From an uncultured Clostridium sp. (GTDB taxonomy: Bacteria; Bacillota; Clostridia; TANB77; CAG-508), in NCBI GenBank assembly GCA_900557195.1, contig USRT01000002.1, positions 26,410-90,409 of the forward strand: 64,000 nucleotides of DNA. Reading direction: 5' to 3'. Shown here piece by piece: positions 43,501-54,272 of the stretch. Position numbers and translations under genes: made by a program. The notes under the pieces are model-generated. The model saw only the letters and a program-made list of their open reading frames with translations, was not told the origin of the DNA and made no database searches. How positions within the stretch are numbered: position 1 is the stretch's first letter; every line of letters starts with the position of its first letter.

Positions 43501-43869
43501 TTATAGAACTTCAGGAGCTAAAGATAATATTTTCATGTAATCTTTATCTCTTAATTCTCTTGCAACTGGCCCAAATATACGAGTTCCCTTTGGGTTTCCA
43601 TCTTCTTTTATAATTACAGCTGCATTTTCATCAAATCTTATATATGATCCATCAGCTCTTCTTGTTGGTTTTTTAGTTCTTACTACTACTGCCTTTACAA
43701 CATCACCTTTTTTAACAACGCCACCTGGTGTAGCTGTTTTAACAGAAGCAACAATAACATCTCCAATTCTAGCGTATTTTCTATATGATCCACCTAGACA
43801 TCTGATACACATAATTTCTTTTGCACCAGTGTTATCAGCTACTTTTAATATAGATTGTTGCTGTACCAT
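43501..43869 (-). CDS. rplN: 50S ribosomal protein L14
   Basis: [28 protein letters not shown]...[11 protein letters not shown]...[12 protein letters not shown]. Confidence 0.96.
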   Translation of the reverse strand: MVQQQSILKVADNTGAKEIMCIRCLGGSYRKYARIGDVIVASVKTATPGGVVKKGDVVKAVVVRTKKPTRRADGSYIRFDENAAVIIKEDGNPKGTRIFGPVARELRDKDYMKILSLAPEVL

Positions 43870-43895
43870 ATTCTAGTACCTCCTTCTTTAATCAA

Positions 43896-44159
43896 TTATT
43901 TTATAACTGCCTTTTCAACGATTTCAACTACTCTCCATCTCTTATCTTTTGATAAAGGTCTTGTTTCCATAACTTTAACTTTATCTCCAGCTTGACATTC
44001 ATTTTTTTCGTCATGAGCTTTTAACTTATATGTTCTCTTTTGGATTTTTCCATAAGTTTTATTTTTTTCACTTGTTTCTACTGCAACAACAACTGTTTTA
44101 TCCATTTTATCAGAAACAACTGTACCAATCATAACTTTACGAAGATTTCTTTCTTCCAT
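43896..44159 (-). CDS. rpsQ: 30S ribosomal protein S17
   Basis: [17 protein letters not shown]...[37 protein letters not shown]. Confidence 0.95.
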   Translation of the reverse strand: MEERNLRKVMIGTVVSDKMDKTVVVAVETSEKNKTYGKIQKRTYKLKAHDEKNECQAGDKVKVMETRPLSKDKRWRVVEIVEKAVIK

Positions 44160-44231
44160 TTCGATTAATCTCCTTCCTCAAAAATTGTCAGGATTACATT
44201 TTATTTGTTTTAGTAAATATAGTTCCTGCTA

Positions 44232-44432
44232 CTATTTTACTTCTTCGATTTCTCTTTTTCTTAATTCAGTTTTTACTCTGGCAATGTCTTTTCTCACTTC
44301 TTTAATTTTCATAGGATTATCTAAACCATTTGTTTTCAAACTAAATCTTAATTTAAATAACTCTGATTTTAATTCTCCTAATTCCTTTTCTAAATCTGGT
44401 GAAGACATTTCTCTTATTTTATTTATCTTCAT
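44232..44432 (-). CDS. rpmC: 50S ribosomal protein L29
   Basis: 66 aa; [39 protein letters not shown]. Overlaps the rplP stop. Confidence 0.93.
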   Translation of the reverse strand: MKINKIREMSSPDLEKELGELKSELFKLRFSLKTNGLDNPMKIKEVRKDIARVKTELRKREIEEVK

Positions 44433-44862
44433 CTATTTCACCACCTATTTCAGTTTCCTTTTTAACAAATTTACACTTAACAGATAGTTTATTTGCAGCA
44501 AGTCTTAAAGCTTCTCTTGCAGTTTCTTCTGGAACTCCTGCTATTTCAAACATTACTCTACCTGGTTTTACAGCTGCTACCCAGTATTCTACGGCACCTT
44601 TACCTTTACCCATACGAGTTTCAGCTGGTTTCTTTGTTATTGGTTTATCTGGGAAAATTTTGATCCAAACTTTTCCACCTCTTTTAATATAACGAGTCAT
44701 AGCAACACGGGCTGCTTCTATTTGATTAGAAGTAATAAACCCTAGATCTAATGATTGAATACCATATTCACCATCAGTAACTTTATTTCCTCTCATTGCT
44801 TTTCCTCTTACTCTACCTTTTTGTTGTTTTCTATATTTTGTTCTTTTTGGCATTAATGGCAT
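44419..44862 (-). CDS. rplP: 50S ribosomal protein L16
   Basis: [14 protein letters not shown]...[40 protein letters not shown]. Confidence 0.96.
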   Translation of the reverse strand: MPLMPKRTKYRKQQKGRVRGKAMRGNKVTDGEYGIQSLDLGFITSNQIEAARVAMTRYIKRGGKVWIKIFPDKPITKKPAETRMGKGKGAVEYWVAAVKPGRVMFEIAGVPEETAREALRLAANKLSVKCKFVKKETEIGGEIDEDK

Positions 44863-45524
44863 TATTTGTCTCCTCCTTCCATTTTAGCTTTTTTAGCTGG
44901 AAGAACTTCACCTTTATATATCCAAACTTTAACACCGATTTTTCCATATGTTGTATCTGCTTCTGCAAATCCATAATCAATATCAGCTCTTAATGTTTGA
45001 AGTGGTATTGTACCTTCTTTATAGAATTCTGTTCTAGCCATATCTGCTCCACCTAATCTTCCAGATACTGCAGTTTTTATTCCTAAAGCACCTGCTTTCA
45101 TAGATTTTTGCATACATTGTTTCATTGCTCTTCTGAATGAAATTCTTCTTTCTAGTTGTCCTGCGATATTTTCTGCAACTAATTGTGCATCTACATCAAC
45201 ATTTTTAACCTCAACTATATTTAAATTTACTTCTTTATTAATCATTTTTTGTAATTCAAGTTTTAATTCCTCAGCAAGGTTTCCACCTTTTCCGATTACT
45301 AAACCTGGTTTTGCTGTAAACACATTAACTTTAACAAATTTAGCTGTTCTTTCAATTTCAATTTTTGAAATTCCACTAACATATAATTTTTTCTTTACAT
45401 ATTTACGGATTTTGTTATCTTCTACAAGATAATCTCCAAAGTTCTTAGAATCTGCATACCATTTTGAACTCCAATCCTTAATTATGCCAACTCTTAATCC
45501 ATGTGGATCCATTTTTTGTCCCAT
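44862..45524 (-). CDS. rpsC: 30S ribosomal protein S3
   Basis: [24 protein letters not shown]...[31 protein letters not shown]. Confidence 0.96.
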   Translation of the reverse strand: MGQKMDPHGLRVGIIKDWSSKWYADSKNFGDYLVEDNKIRKYVKKKLYVSGISKIEIERTAKFVKVNVFTAKPGLVIGKGGNLAEELKLELQKMINKEVNLNIVEVKNVDVDAQLVAENIAGQLERRISFRRAMKQCMQKSMKAGALGIKTAVSGRLGGADMARTEFYKEGTIPLQTLRADIDYGFAEADTTYGKIGVKVWIYKGEVLPAKKAKMEGGDK

Positions 45525-45546
45525 TTTAAATAAATCCTCCTTTCTT

Positions 45547-45909
45547 TTACACTCTTTCTCTCAATACTATTGTTATATGACTTGTTCTTTTTCTAATTCT
45601 AACTGCTGAACCTTTTGCAGCTGGTCTAATTCTCTTTAATGTTGGACCTTGATTTGCATAAATTTCAGCAACATATAATTTACCATGAGTCATATTATGA
45701 TTATTTTCAGCATTTGCAATAGCTGATTTTAATAATTTTTCTAATATTTCAGATGCAGCTTTTGGTGTGAATTTAACGATAGCTAAAGCTTCATCAACAT
45801 TTTTTCCTCTTAATAAATCAGCTACGACTTTCACTTTTCTAGGTGAAATTCTCGCAAATTTAAGAGTTGCAACTGCTTCTGGTACGATTTCTTGCATTAC
45901 TTCTTCCAC
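45547..45909 (-). CDS. rplV: 50S ribosomal protein L22
   Basis: [36 protein letters not shown]...[29 protein letters not shown]. Confidence 0.95.
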   Translation of the reverse strand: MEEVMQEIVPEAVATLKFARISPRKVKVVADLLRGKNVDEALAIVKFTPKAASEILEKLLKSAIANAENNHNMTHGKLYVAEIYANQGPTLKRIRPAAKGSAVRIRKRTSHITIVLRERV

Positions 45910-45938
45910 TTTATTTCCCTCCTTAAAGTAGTTTTATT

Positions 45939-46214
45939 TTATTTTTTTGTTGTTTTTTCTCCAGCATGACCTTTGAATGTTCTTGTTGGAGCAAATTCTC
46001 CTAATTTATGTCCTATCATTTCTTCTGATATATAAACAGGTACATGTTTTCTACCATCATGAACAGCTATTGTGTGTCCAACCATTTGTGGATATATAGT
46101 AGAAGCTCTTGACCATGTTTTTAATACTTCTTTATTTCCTGATTCATTCATAGCTTCGATTCTTTTCATAAGTTCAGGAGCTACGTATGGTACTTTTTTA
46201 CTAGATCTTGACAT
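45939..46214 (-). CDS. rpsS: 30S ribosomal protein S19
   Basis: [11 protein letters not shown]...[51 protein letters not shown]. Confidence 0.96.
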   Translation of the reverse strand: MSRSSKKVPYVAPELMKRIEAMNESGNKEVLKTWSRASTIYPQMVGHTIAVHDGRKHVPVYISEEMIGHKLGEFAPTRTFKGHAGEKTTKK

Positions 46215-46263
46215 AAGTATTATTTCCCTCCTTCTTTAGGAATTTCCTTTTAATTTTTAGTAT

Positions 46264-46399
46264 GTAAATCCTTTTTTAGATTTACTATATTTATTTTAGA
46301 AAAATCCTTAAAGATTTTTCTAATGAATATAACTTTCGCTTTTCTAAATTTATATAAGTTTTGTACATTTTGATTATATAAAAAAACTTATAAATTTAG
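46264..46399. repeat. three consecutive hairpins in the enlarged rplB-rpsS spacer
   Basis: GTAAATC/GATTTAC (46264-46285); TAGAAAAATC/GATTTTTCTA (46297-46322); CTAAATTTATATAAGTT/AACTTATAAATTTAG (46344-46399). Confidence 0.7.
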
Positions 46400-46461
46400 C
46401 TATTTTAACTCCGGCCTGCATAAGATATCCGTAAAGCTCGTTATACATGCTAACGGCTATC

Positions 46462-47289
46462 TTATTTTCTTCTCTTAACAATAAATTTATCAGATTGTTT
46501 ATTTTTCTTTCTTGTTTTATATCCAAGAGCTGGTTTACCCCAAGGTGTCATTGGTCCTGCGTGTCCTACAGGTGCTCTACCTTCACCACCACCATGAGGG
46601 TGATCTACTGGGTTCATTACAGAACCTCTAACTTCAGGTCTTTTACCCATATGTCTGCTTCTTCCAGCTTTACCTATTTTAACATTTTCATGATCTGAGT
46701 TTCCAACTGTTCCTATAGTTGCTCTACATACAGCCATTATTAATCTCATTTCTCCTGATGGAAGTCTTACGTGAGCATATTTACCTTCTTTAGCCATTAA
46801 TTGTGCTTCTTGTCCGGCAGCTCTAACTAATTTTCCACCTTGACCAGGATTTAATTCTATATTATGAATCATTGTACCTACTGGTATGTTTTCAATTTTC
46901 ATACAGTTTCCTGGTTTAATATCTGCTTTATCTCCAGATACTACTTTGTCACCATCTGTTAATCCTATTGGTGCTAAGATGTATGATTTTTCTCCATCTT
47001 CATATTCTATTAAAGCAATATTTGCACTTCTGTTTGGATCATATTCGATTCCTAAAACAGTTGCTACCATATCATCTTTTCTTCTTTTAAAATCTATTAA
47101 TCTATATTTTTGTCTGTTTCCTCCACCTTGGTGACGTACAGTTATTCTACCATATGAGTTTCTTCCTGCATTTTTCTTTTTCTTTGTAAGTAAAGATTTT
47201 TCAGGAGTTGATTTTGTTATTTCATCAAATGTAGAAACTGTCATGTTTCTTAATGATGGAGTTGTTGGGTTAAAATGTTTCATTCCCAT
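46462..47289 (-). CDS. rplB: 50S ribosomal protein L2
   Basis: [26 protein letters not shown]...[18 protein letters not shown]. Confidence 0.96.
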   Translation of the reverse strand: MGMKHFNPTTPSLRNMTVSTFDEITKSTPEKSLLTKKKKNAGRNSYGRITVRHQGGGNRQKYRLIDFKRRKDDMVATVLGIEYDPNRSANIALIEYEDGEKSYILAPIGLTDGDKVVSGDKADIKPGNCMKIENIPVGTMIHNIELNPGQGGKLVRAAGQEAQLMAKEGKYAHVRLPSGEMRLIMAVCRATIGTVGNSDHENVKIGKAGRSRHMGKRPEVRGSVMNPVDHPHGGGEGRAPVGHAGPMTPWGKPALGYKTRKKNKQSDKFIVKRRK

Positions 47290-47365
47290 TTTTATTCTCT
47301 CCTTTTAATTTTATTTTCCTAGTATTAAAACTAGATATTTATTTTTCATTTACTTTATAAGCAAA

Positions 47366-47713
47366 TTAAGCTCCCATAAATTCATCTATTGAATCTTTAT
47401 ATTTTTTAGAAACCTTCTTTGCTTTTCCACCTTCTGCTAAGTAAGTTACTTCTGATGGATTTGTATCGATTGTAACTATTGCTTTTTTCCAATCTGATGT
47501 TCTTCCAACACTTCTACCTACTCTTTTTTCTTTTCCTTTTACTGTAATTGTATTAACACTTAATACTTTTACTTCAAAAAGTTTTTCTACAGCTCTTGCT
47601 ATATCAACTTTTGTTGCTTTTTTATTTACTTTAAAGGTATACTTTCCTTCTTGTAATCCATCATTACTTTTTTCAGTAATAATTGGTTCAATTATGATAT
47701 CTTCCGCCATCAT
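47366..47713 (-). CDS. rplW: 50S ribosomal protein L23
   Basis: [49 protein letters not shown]. Confidence 0.94.
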   Translation of the reverse strand: MMAEDIIIEPIITEKSNDGLQEGKYTFKVNKKATKVDIARAVEKLFEVKVLSVNTITVKGKEKRVGRSVGRTSDWKKAIVTIDTNPSEVTYLAEGGKAKKVSKKYKDSIDEFMGA

Positions 47714-47714
47714 C

Positions 47715-48338
47715 TTATGCGTACACCTCCTCTAATTTTTTAACTGTATCTAAAGTAATTATTAAGTTTTTGTATTTTAATAAATCATAAACATTTATTG
47801 TATTTACTAAACTTGTTTTTACTCCTTCTATATTTCTTGCAGATTTTTGAATATTTTCATTCTTTTCTGGTAAAACGATTAAAGATTTACCTTCTACTTT
47901 TAAGTTTGTTAATGCTTTAGCCATTTCTTTAGTTTTGATTTCTTTTAAATCTAAACTATCAACAACAACCAACTCTTTTTCTAAAACTTTAGAACTTAAT
48001 ATTGATTTAATTGCAAGTCTCTTTTCTTTTTTATTAACTGTATATTTATATGAACGTGGTTTTGGTCCTAATGCAATACCACCTTTAATCCATTGTGGAG
48101 CTCTTATACTTCCTTGTCTAGCTCTACCAGTACCTTTTTGTCTCCATGGTTTTCTTCCACCACCACGAACTTCTGCTCTTGTTTTTGTACTTTGTGTACC
48201 TTGTCTTTGGTTAGCTAAAAAGTTAACTAAAACACTATGTACAACTGATTCATTTGGTTCTATACCAAATACTTCTTCTTTTAGTTCTACTGATTTAACT
48301 TTCTTTCCTTCTACATTGTATACATCTATACTAGGCAT
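47715..48338 (-). CDS. rplD: 50S ribosomal protein L4
   Basis: [48 protein letters not shown]. Confidence 0.96.
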   Translation of the reverse strand: MPSIDVYNVEGKKVKSVELKEEVFGIEPNESVVHSVLVNFLANQRQGTQSTKTRAEVRGGGRKPWRQKGTGRARQGSIRAPQWIKGGIALGPKPRSYKYTVNKKEKRLAIKSILSSKVLEKELVVVDSLDLKEIKTKEMAKALTNLKVEGKSLIVLPEKNENIQKSARNIEGVKTSLVNTINVYDLLKYKNLIITLDTVKKLEEVYA

Positions 48339-48356
48339 TTACTTTTTCCTCCTTCC

Positions 48357-48983
48357 TTATGCTTTTACGCTTGTTTTTAATTTTAATATTGCACCTTTAG
48401 CTCCTGGTACACTACCTTTTACTAAGATTGCATTTTTATCTAAATCTACTTTTACAACATCTAGATTTTGTATTGTAACTGTAACTCTTCCCATGTGTCC
48501 TGGAAGTTTTTTACCTTTAAATACTCTACCTGGTGTTGATGTTGGTCCCATTGAACCTGGTCTTCTATGATACATAGAACCATGACCCATAGGTCCTCTT
48601 GATTGTCCATGACGTTTAATAACACCTTGGAATCCTTTTCCTTTTGAAGTTCCTTGTACGTCGATTCTGTCTCCTACTACAAAAGTATCAACTTTTATTT
48701 CATCTCCTACATTAACTCCATCTACTGAATCCATTCTAAATTCTCTTAAATGTTTTTTAAAATCTAATTTTGCTTTTGCAAAATGCCCTTTTTCTGGTTT
48801 GTTTAATTTGCTTTCCTTTACATCACCATATCCTAATTGAATAGCATTGTATCCATCTGTTTCTACTGATTTAACTTGCGCTACTAAACAAGGACCAGCT
48901 TCTATTACTGTAACTGGAATAACTTTTCCTGTTTCATCAAATATTTGAGTCATTCCAACTTTTTTTCCTATTAATGTTTTCAT
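48357..48983 (-). CDS. rplC: 50S ribosomal protein L3
   Basis: [29 protein letters not shown]...[26 protein letters not shown]. Confidence 0.96.
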   Translation of the reverse strand: MKTLIGKKVGMTQIFDETGKVIPVTVIEAGPCLVAQVKSVETDGYNAIQLGYGDVKESKLNKPEKGHFAKAKLDFKKHLREFRMDSVDGVNVGDEIKVDTFVVGDRIDVQGTSKGKGFQGVIKRHGQSRGPMGHGSMYHRRPGSMGPTSTPGRVFKGKKLPGHMGRVTVTIQNLDVVKVDLDKNAILVKGSVPGAKGAILKLKTSVKA

Positions 48984-49078
48984 TTTTCCCTCCTAATACT
49001 ATTGGCTGATATTTTGTTTTCTATATTTTTATAGTACATCAGCTTGGTCTTATAGAGACCCTTTTTTAATAACTTGAA

Positions 49079-49411
49079 TTATAATTTTATTTCAATATCA
49101 ACACCTGCTGGTAAGTCTATTTTCATAAGACTATCTACAGTTTTTTGTGTTGGGTAAAGAATATCGATAACTCTTTTATGTGTTCTCATTTCAAATTGTT
49201 CTCTTGAATCTTTGTGTTTGTGTGGAGAACGTAAAATTGTTATGATTTCTTTTTCTGTTGGTAGTGGAATAGGACCTGAAACTTTTGCTCCTGTTCTTTT
49301 AGCAGTATCTACTATTTTTTCAGCAGACTGTTCTAAAACTACATGATCATAAGCTTTTAATCTTATTCTGATTTTTTCACTTGCTACCGCATTTCCTGTT
49401 ACTGTTGCCAT
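49079..49411 (-). CDS. rpsJ: 30S ribosomal protein S10
   Basis: [40 protein letters not shown]...[23 protein letters not shown]. Confidence 0.95.
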   Translation of the reverse strand: MATVTGNAVASEKIRIRLKAYDHVVLEQSAEKIVDTAKRTGAKVSGPIPLPTEKEIITILRSPHKHKDSREQFEMRTHKRVIDILYPTQKTVDSLMKIDLPAGVDIEIKL

Positions 49412-49647
49412 GTAAATTTCCCTCCTTAAATATTTTTATTTTCGGTCGGAAGTTATAACGCACCCAGGTGTTTCTTTTTTACCTATATAAAAACCCAAGT
49501 ATTGCATGATATTCTTGGGATAAGTGCTTTTTATTCTTAATAACTTACCGCCTTGGTCTAAGCCACGACATACTCCATAAGAGTTCCCTCCAAACCTAGC
49601 AGTTCTAAGCTTGTAGCCACATCTTACTTCATCGCAAATCTTACATG
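49412..49647 (-). promoter_or_regulatory. long structured 5' leader of the S10 operon with an internal terminator-like hairpin (49486-49519)
   Basis: About 235 nt between the consensus promoter and the rpsJ ATG. Visibly GC-richer than the flanks. CCCAAG-N14-CTTGGG hairpin followed by UUUUUAUAU on the minus strand. Confidence 0.6.
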
Positions 49648-49654
49648 CTTTTCT

Positions 49655-49683
49655 ATTATATACTCTTAATACTGTAATGTCAA
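49655..49683 (-). promoter_or_regulatory. consensus sigma-A-type promoter for the S10 operon
   Basis: Minus strand TTGACA (49678-49683), 17-nt spacer, TATAAT (49655-49660). Both hexamers match the consensus perfectly. Confidence 0.8.
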
Positions 49684-49718
49684 TACATTTTTAGCATATT
49701 TTGTAACTTTTCATAAAC

Positions 49719-49754
49719 ATAAAAAAGAAGATGAATATTTTTATCATCTTCTTT
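49719..49754 (-). terminator. intrinsic terminator of spoVG
   Basis: AAAGAAGATGA-loop-TCATCTTCTTT followed by TTTTTT on the minus strand. Begins 7 nt after the spoVG stop. Confidence 0.8.
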
Positions 49755-49760
49755 CATTTA

Positions 49761-50072
49761 TTATTCTGCTGTTTCTTCTGAAGATGCTTCTTCAGTTTCA
49801 ACTGATGTAGCTTCTTCAGTTTCTGGAGCATTGTATACTTCAAATATAGCATTTTGAATTTTTTCTCTTGTTTCACGATTAATTGGGTGAGCTATATCTT
49901 TGTATTCTCCATCAAAAGATTTTTTGCTTGGCATAGCAATAAATAATCCTTTTTGACTTTCGATAACTTTAATGTCACGTACAACAAATTCATTATCGAA
50001 TGTTACAGAAGCAACAGCTTTCATTCTGTTTCCTGAATTAACTTTTTTTAAACGTACATCTGTAATTTGCAT
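49761..50072 (-). CDS. spoVG: septation/sporulation regulator SpoVG
   Basis: [49 protein letters not shown]. Start taken at the internal Met of track ORF 49761-50111. Acidic C-terminal tail. Confidence 0.92.
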   Translation of the reverse strand: MQITDVRLKKVNSGNRMKAVASVTFDNEFVVRDIKVIESQKGLFIAMPSKKSFDGEYKDIAHPINRETREKIQNAIFEVYNAPETEEATSVETEEASSEETAE

Positions 50073-50549
50073 TTGAGCACCGCCTTCCACTGTTATAAAA
50101 ATTTTGTACATATTATATGTACTAGTATATTATTCACCAAAAAAATAATTTATCCTTCTTATTTTTACATTTTTTTCTTATTTAGTATATTTTTAACTTT
50201 TTTGGTAAATACTACATATAATAAGATAAATATTTTCTTTACTTATTATCCCCTTATTTTTGTTGTATATTCAGAAAAATATCAGTATATAAAATATATT
50301 ATTATTTTTTAGAAGATGATAAATTTTATTTTTAATTATACTTAAATAAGCGAAACTAATAATAATTTTATTCTCATCCAATTTACTATATTTAAAGGTA
50401 TAATTTCACATCTTTTATGTTAAATATAGTACAACATTTGTTAATCTATAAAAATTTGCACTATTTATGCAAAAATTTTATTGAAATATATCTATTTTGA
50501 GTATATAATAGGCTAGGTTAAATATTTAAATTAAGGAGCGTGGCTCAAA

Positions 50550-51935
50550 TTGGCTAATATAGATGAGTTAAAACAATATAAAAATATACATATGATAGGA
50601 ATTGGTGGTACTAGCATGAGTGGTATTGCCGAAATACTAAAAAATTGGAACTTTAATGTAACTGGTTCTGATTTAAATCCTTCAGAAAATACAAATAAGT
50701 TAATAAAAAATGGCATTAAAGTTACTATTGGTCATGATCTACAAAGTTTATCAAGATCAGATGTTGTTATATATTCTGCTGCAATTTCTAATGATGATAT
50801 AGAAATGCAGAAAGCTAGAGAACTTCATATTCCTACTATTGAAAGAGCAGATTTTTTAGGTTCAATTACTAAAGCTTTTAAAAATACCATTTGTGTTTCA
50901 GGTACACATGGAAAATCAACAACAACATCTATGCTTTCTGTTTGCTTTTTAGAGGCTTGTAAAGATCCTTCAGTTCAAGTTGGTGCAGAATTAAAACAAT
51001 TAAATGGTAACTATAGAGTTGGTAATAGTGAATATTTTATTATAGAAGCTTGTGAATATGTTGAAAGTTTCTTAAAGTTTTTTCCAAAAACAGAAGTAAT
51101 ATTAAATATAGATAACGATCATTTAGATTATTTTAAAGACTTAGAACATATAAAAACTTCTTTTGCTAAATATGTACGATTACTGCCTGATGATGGTTTA
51201 CTTGTATTAAATGCAGATGACGCAAATTCTTCACATCTATCTAGATTTACTACTGCAAAAACTATAACTTATGGAATTAAAAATGAACATGCTAATTTTT
51301 TTGCAAGAAATATACAATTTGATCAAAATGGTTTTGCAAGTTTTGATGTTTATTTCAATAATACATTTTATAAAACAATTAAATTATCTGTACCTGGAAT
51401 TCATAATGTATCAAATGCATTAGCTTGTATTTGTGTATGTTATGTATATGGACTTGAAAAAGAAGATATAAAAAATGGATTATTAAAATTTACAGGTGCT
51501 CATAGAAGATTTGAATTTGTAGGTTCTTTTAATAATGTAAATGTTTATGATGATTATGGTCATCACCCTACTGAAATTACAGCAACTGCAAATGCACTAA
51601 AAAACAAAAAATATAATCAATCATGGGTGATATTTCAACCTCACACTTATAGTAGAACTAAAAACTTATTAAAAGATTTTGCTAAAGCTTTAATAAATTT
51701 TGACAATATTATTATTACTGATATATATGCTGCAAGAGAAAAAAACACTTATAATATAAGTTCAAAAGATTTAGCTGAAGAAGTAGCTGCTTTAGGGAAA
51801 AAAGCTTATTATATGCCAAGCTTTTCTGAGATTGTTAATTTTGTTCATACTCATGCTATCTCTAATGATATAGTAATTACTCAAGGAGCTGGAACTATTA
51901 CAAAAGTTGGTCCAATGCTTGTAACTAAGAAATAA
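50550..51935 (+). CDS. murC: UDP-N-acetylmuramate--L-alanine ligase
   Basis: TTG start after an AAGGAG SD; HMIGIGGTSMSGIAEIL; GTHGKSTTTSM; DDYGHHPTEI. Confidence 0.95.
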   Translation: MANIDELKQYKNIHMIGIGGTSMSGIAEILKNWNFNVTGSDLNPSENTNKLIKNGIKVTIGHDLQSLSRSDVVIYSAAISNDDIEMQKARELHIPTIERADFLGSITKAFKNTICVSGTHGKSTTTSMLSVCFLEACKDPSVQVGAELKQLNGNYRVGNSEYFIIEACEYVESFLKFFPKTEVILNIDNDHLDYFKDLEHIKTSFAKYVRLLPDDGLLVLNADDANSSHLSRFTTAKTITYGIKNEHANFFARNIQFDQNGFASFDVYFNNTFYKTIKLSVPGIHNVSNALACICVCYVYGLEKEDIKNGLLKFTGAHRRFEFVGSFNNVNVYDDYGHHPTEITATANALKNKKYNQSWVIFQPHTYSRTKNLLKDFAKALINFDNIIITDIYAAREKNTYNISSKDLAEEVAALGKKAYYMPSFSEIVNFVHTHAISNDIVITQGAGTITKVGPMLVTKK

Positions 51936-51945
51936 TTTATACTAG

Positions 51946-51995
51946 AAAAAATCCAAATAAACACTTTTTTCTTAAGGTGTTCATTTGGATTTTTC
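51946..51995. terminator. bidirectional terminator between convergent murC and the transglutaminase-like gene
   Basis: AAAAAATCCAAATAAACAC...GTGTTCATTTGGATTTTT. Confidence 0.8.
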
Positions 51996-52110
51996 TTCTT
52001 CAATTAGTTAATATTACACACTGTTATTTATTAATTCTATAGAAAGTTTTATCAAATCAACACATTTTAAAGATTATATTAATTCCCTCTAAAAATATGT
52101 TTACCTTTTT

Positions 52111-53205
52111 TCATTTACTTCTATAATTAGTTTTACTAAGTTCTGGATAAGCAAACTCTATTCCCTCTTTTGTAAATCTTCCTTCCTCTAAATGATTTTT
52201 AAAAAAGTCATCTTGACCCTTTAAGAAATATTTATATTTTATATTATTATCTAATTCTCCATTTCCTATAATTATTGGATCATCCCATGTAGTATCTACT
52301 GCATACCAATTGCCATTTAAATACACATAATTCCATGCATGCTTCTCTGTTTCACCATTTTCATCAGTTCCAGTACCACAAACTAAAACGCATGGTACAT
52401 CTAACTCGTCTAATAAATATTTAAATGTTTTTGCATATCCTTCACACACTACTTCTTTTTTTACCAACCCACCATAAATATTTGAATTGTTTGTTTTAGT
52501 AGTTGTTGTATCATATTTTACATTATCTATAATCCAATTATGAACAAATACTATCTTAGCAAAATCATTATCTGGTATATTTTTCACAATTTCTTGTTTT
52601 ACTTTTTGTATTTCATTCATTGACACTTCTACTTCTTCTTTTGATTCCCATCCATCTGCTAGACTGTTTTCATTACTTTGGTTTTGTATGTATAACTCAT
52701 AACTCACTTTTAAACCTTTAGTTATTGTTTTTGTCATTAAACACATTTTATTAACATTAATATAATAGATCTCCGGATTATCTAATTTAAAAGCATCCCA
52801 TGCATCCTGAAAATCCTGATTTAACTTTTCTTGTCCACCTTCTTCTTTTAGTGTATTTTCTAATATTAATGGTAATCTTATGTTATATGTACCTGTTTTT
52901 AAGATTTCTGTATTGTCTTTAAATATTCTGTAAATTATTCTAGCATTAGAATTTAGTTGATTATAATAATAATCGTCTAACTTCCCTTTATATTCACCGT
53001 TTACATTATTACTTGTTTTGCTAATAATCTCTTGTATTTCAGCTTCACTATATATTTCATTTTGTTTTTCTGTTAGTCCTAATTCTTCTAATTTGTAAGG
53101 AATATCTTCAATCTGCTTAATTAGTTCATCTTTATAATAGTATATGCCAAACAAGCAAACTACTATTATTAATATAAGAATTAATCTTTTTATAAACTTT
53201 TTCAC
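52111..53205 (-). CDS. membrane-anchored transglutaminase-like (cysteine protease fold) protein
   Basis: N-terminal TM; catalytic-core-like VVCEGYAKTFKYLLDE...HAWNYVYLNGNWYAVDTTWDD. Confidence 0.8.
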   Translation of the reverse strand: MKKFIKRLILILIIVVCLFGIYYYKDELIKQIEDIPYKLEELGLTEKQNEIYSEAEIQEIISKTSNNVNGEYKGKLDDYYYNQLNSNARIIYRIFKDNTEILKTGTYNIRLPLILENTLKEEGGQEKLNQDFQDAWDAFKLDNPEIYYINVNKMCLMTKTITKGLKVSYELYIQNQSNENSLADGWESKEEVEVSMNEIQKVKQEIVKNIPDNDFAKIVFVHNWIIDNVKYDTTTTKTNNSNIYGGLVKKEVVCEGYAKTFKYLLDELDVPCVLVCGTGTDENGETEKHAWNYVYLNGNWYAVDTTWDDPIIIGNGELDNNIKYKYFLKGQDDFFKNHLEEGRFTKEGIEFAYPELSKTNYRSK

Positions 53206-53224
53206 CTTTTTGCCTCTTTTCTAA

Positions 53225-53920
53225 TTAATCATCTTTTCCATTTTGAATAACTCTTGATACTTCTTCTAATGATGCTATATCAGAGACTACATCATTTATA
53301 TCTATTCCATCTTTATATCTTCCAATAACTATAAGTTCTCTAAATTTATCTTTTTTATATTCAGCTTTTTCGTCATATCTAATTTGTTTAATATTAATAT
53401 TATAACTTTTTAATATATCTCTTATTTTTGGAATAACCTCTTTCATTTCTTTAGCATATAAATTTAAATTTATAACATTAAATGATGCTAAATTATCTGA
53501 TATTTTATGTGAATATCTTAATATTAGATATGCAAGTATTGTTGTTATAATAGCTGCTAAATAAAAACCTGTCCCTACAGTAAGTCCAATACAAGTAACA
53601 CACAAAAGACTTGCTGCAGTAGTTAATCCTTTAACATCAAATCCTTCTCTTAAAATAGTTCCTGCACCAATAAATCCTATTCCAGATAATAATTGTGCTG
53701 GTATTCTAGTTACGTCTGTATTAGTTTTATTTCCTATATATTCTCCACAAAGCATAACAAGTACTGCACTTGCTCCTACCAGTGCATGTGTTCTAAAACC
53801 TGCTGGTTTATTCCAAGCCTCCCTTTCTAGTCCTATTATTCCAGCAAGAAGTATTCCTATTAAAATTCTTATAATTGCAGTAAAATAAAAAGAATTTGTA
53901 ATTTCATTAAACAACTCCAT
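53225..53920 (-). CDS. mgtC: MgtC/SapB-family membrane protein
   Basis: ILLAGIIGLEREAWNKPAGFRTHALVGASA... plus a C-terminal ACT-like soluble domain. Confidence 0.85.
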   Translation of the reverse strand: MELFNEITNSFYFTAIIRILIGILLAGIIGLEREAWNKPAGFRTHALVGASAVLVMLCGEYIGNKTNTDVTRIPAQLLSGIGFIGAGTILREGFDVKGLTTAASLLCVTCIGLTVGTGFYLAAIITTILAYLILRYSHKISDNLASFNVINLNLYAKEMKEVIPKIRDILKSYNINIKQIRYDEKAEYKKDKFRELIVIGRYKDGIDINDVVSDIASLEEVSRVIQNGKDD

Positions 53921-54065
53921 TTAAATCCTCCTATAACATATATTTTTATTATATCACACTAATTTTTTTTAGCATAGAAGATTTTATTATTTTTATTTGG
54001 TTTTTATTACTAAAAGTTACTACTTAGTATTAATTTCTAAAACACATATAAAATTAGTCTGTAGT

Positions 54066-54091
54066 CTGTGTATTTATATATAAATACACAG
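54066..54091 (-). terminator. perfect AT-rich palindrome downstream of spoIVB (possible terminator)
   Basis: CTGTGTATTTATATATAAATACACAG. Confidence 0.45.
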
Positions 54092-54272
54092 GCTACTACT
54101 CTACTATTTAAATTATTTAGATTTATTTAATGATAACTAGTAAGATAGTGTCTTTACAGAAAAATAATATTTTAATAGTATCCTTAAAATTTTTTAATAT
54201 TAATTTAATAAAAAAAGGAATACTTACTAATAATTATCCTTATTAGAAGCACCCCTAAAAAATTCTTTTATT

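Noticed and set aside
2939-48570. Long plus-strand ORFs in the track (e.g. 2939-3184, 3761-4030, 4343-4765, 5024-5608, 11883-12428, 14212-14490, 32780-33325, 34742-35242, 44399-44692, 47935-48570)
   Set aside because: All lie antisense to well-supported minus-strand genes. They have low-complexity S/F/L/I-rich translations and no SD. They are shadow ORFs of an AT-rich genome.
50531-50716. Minus-strand 61-aa ORF overlapping the murC start
   Set aside because: It is antisense to the conserved MurC N-terminus (GIGGTSMSGIA), with no SD and a hydrophobic low-complexity translation.
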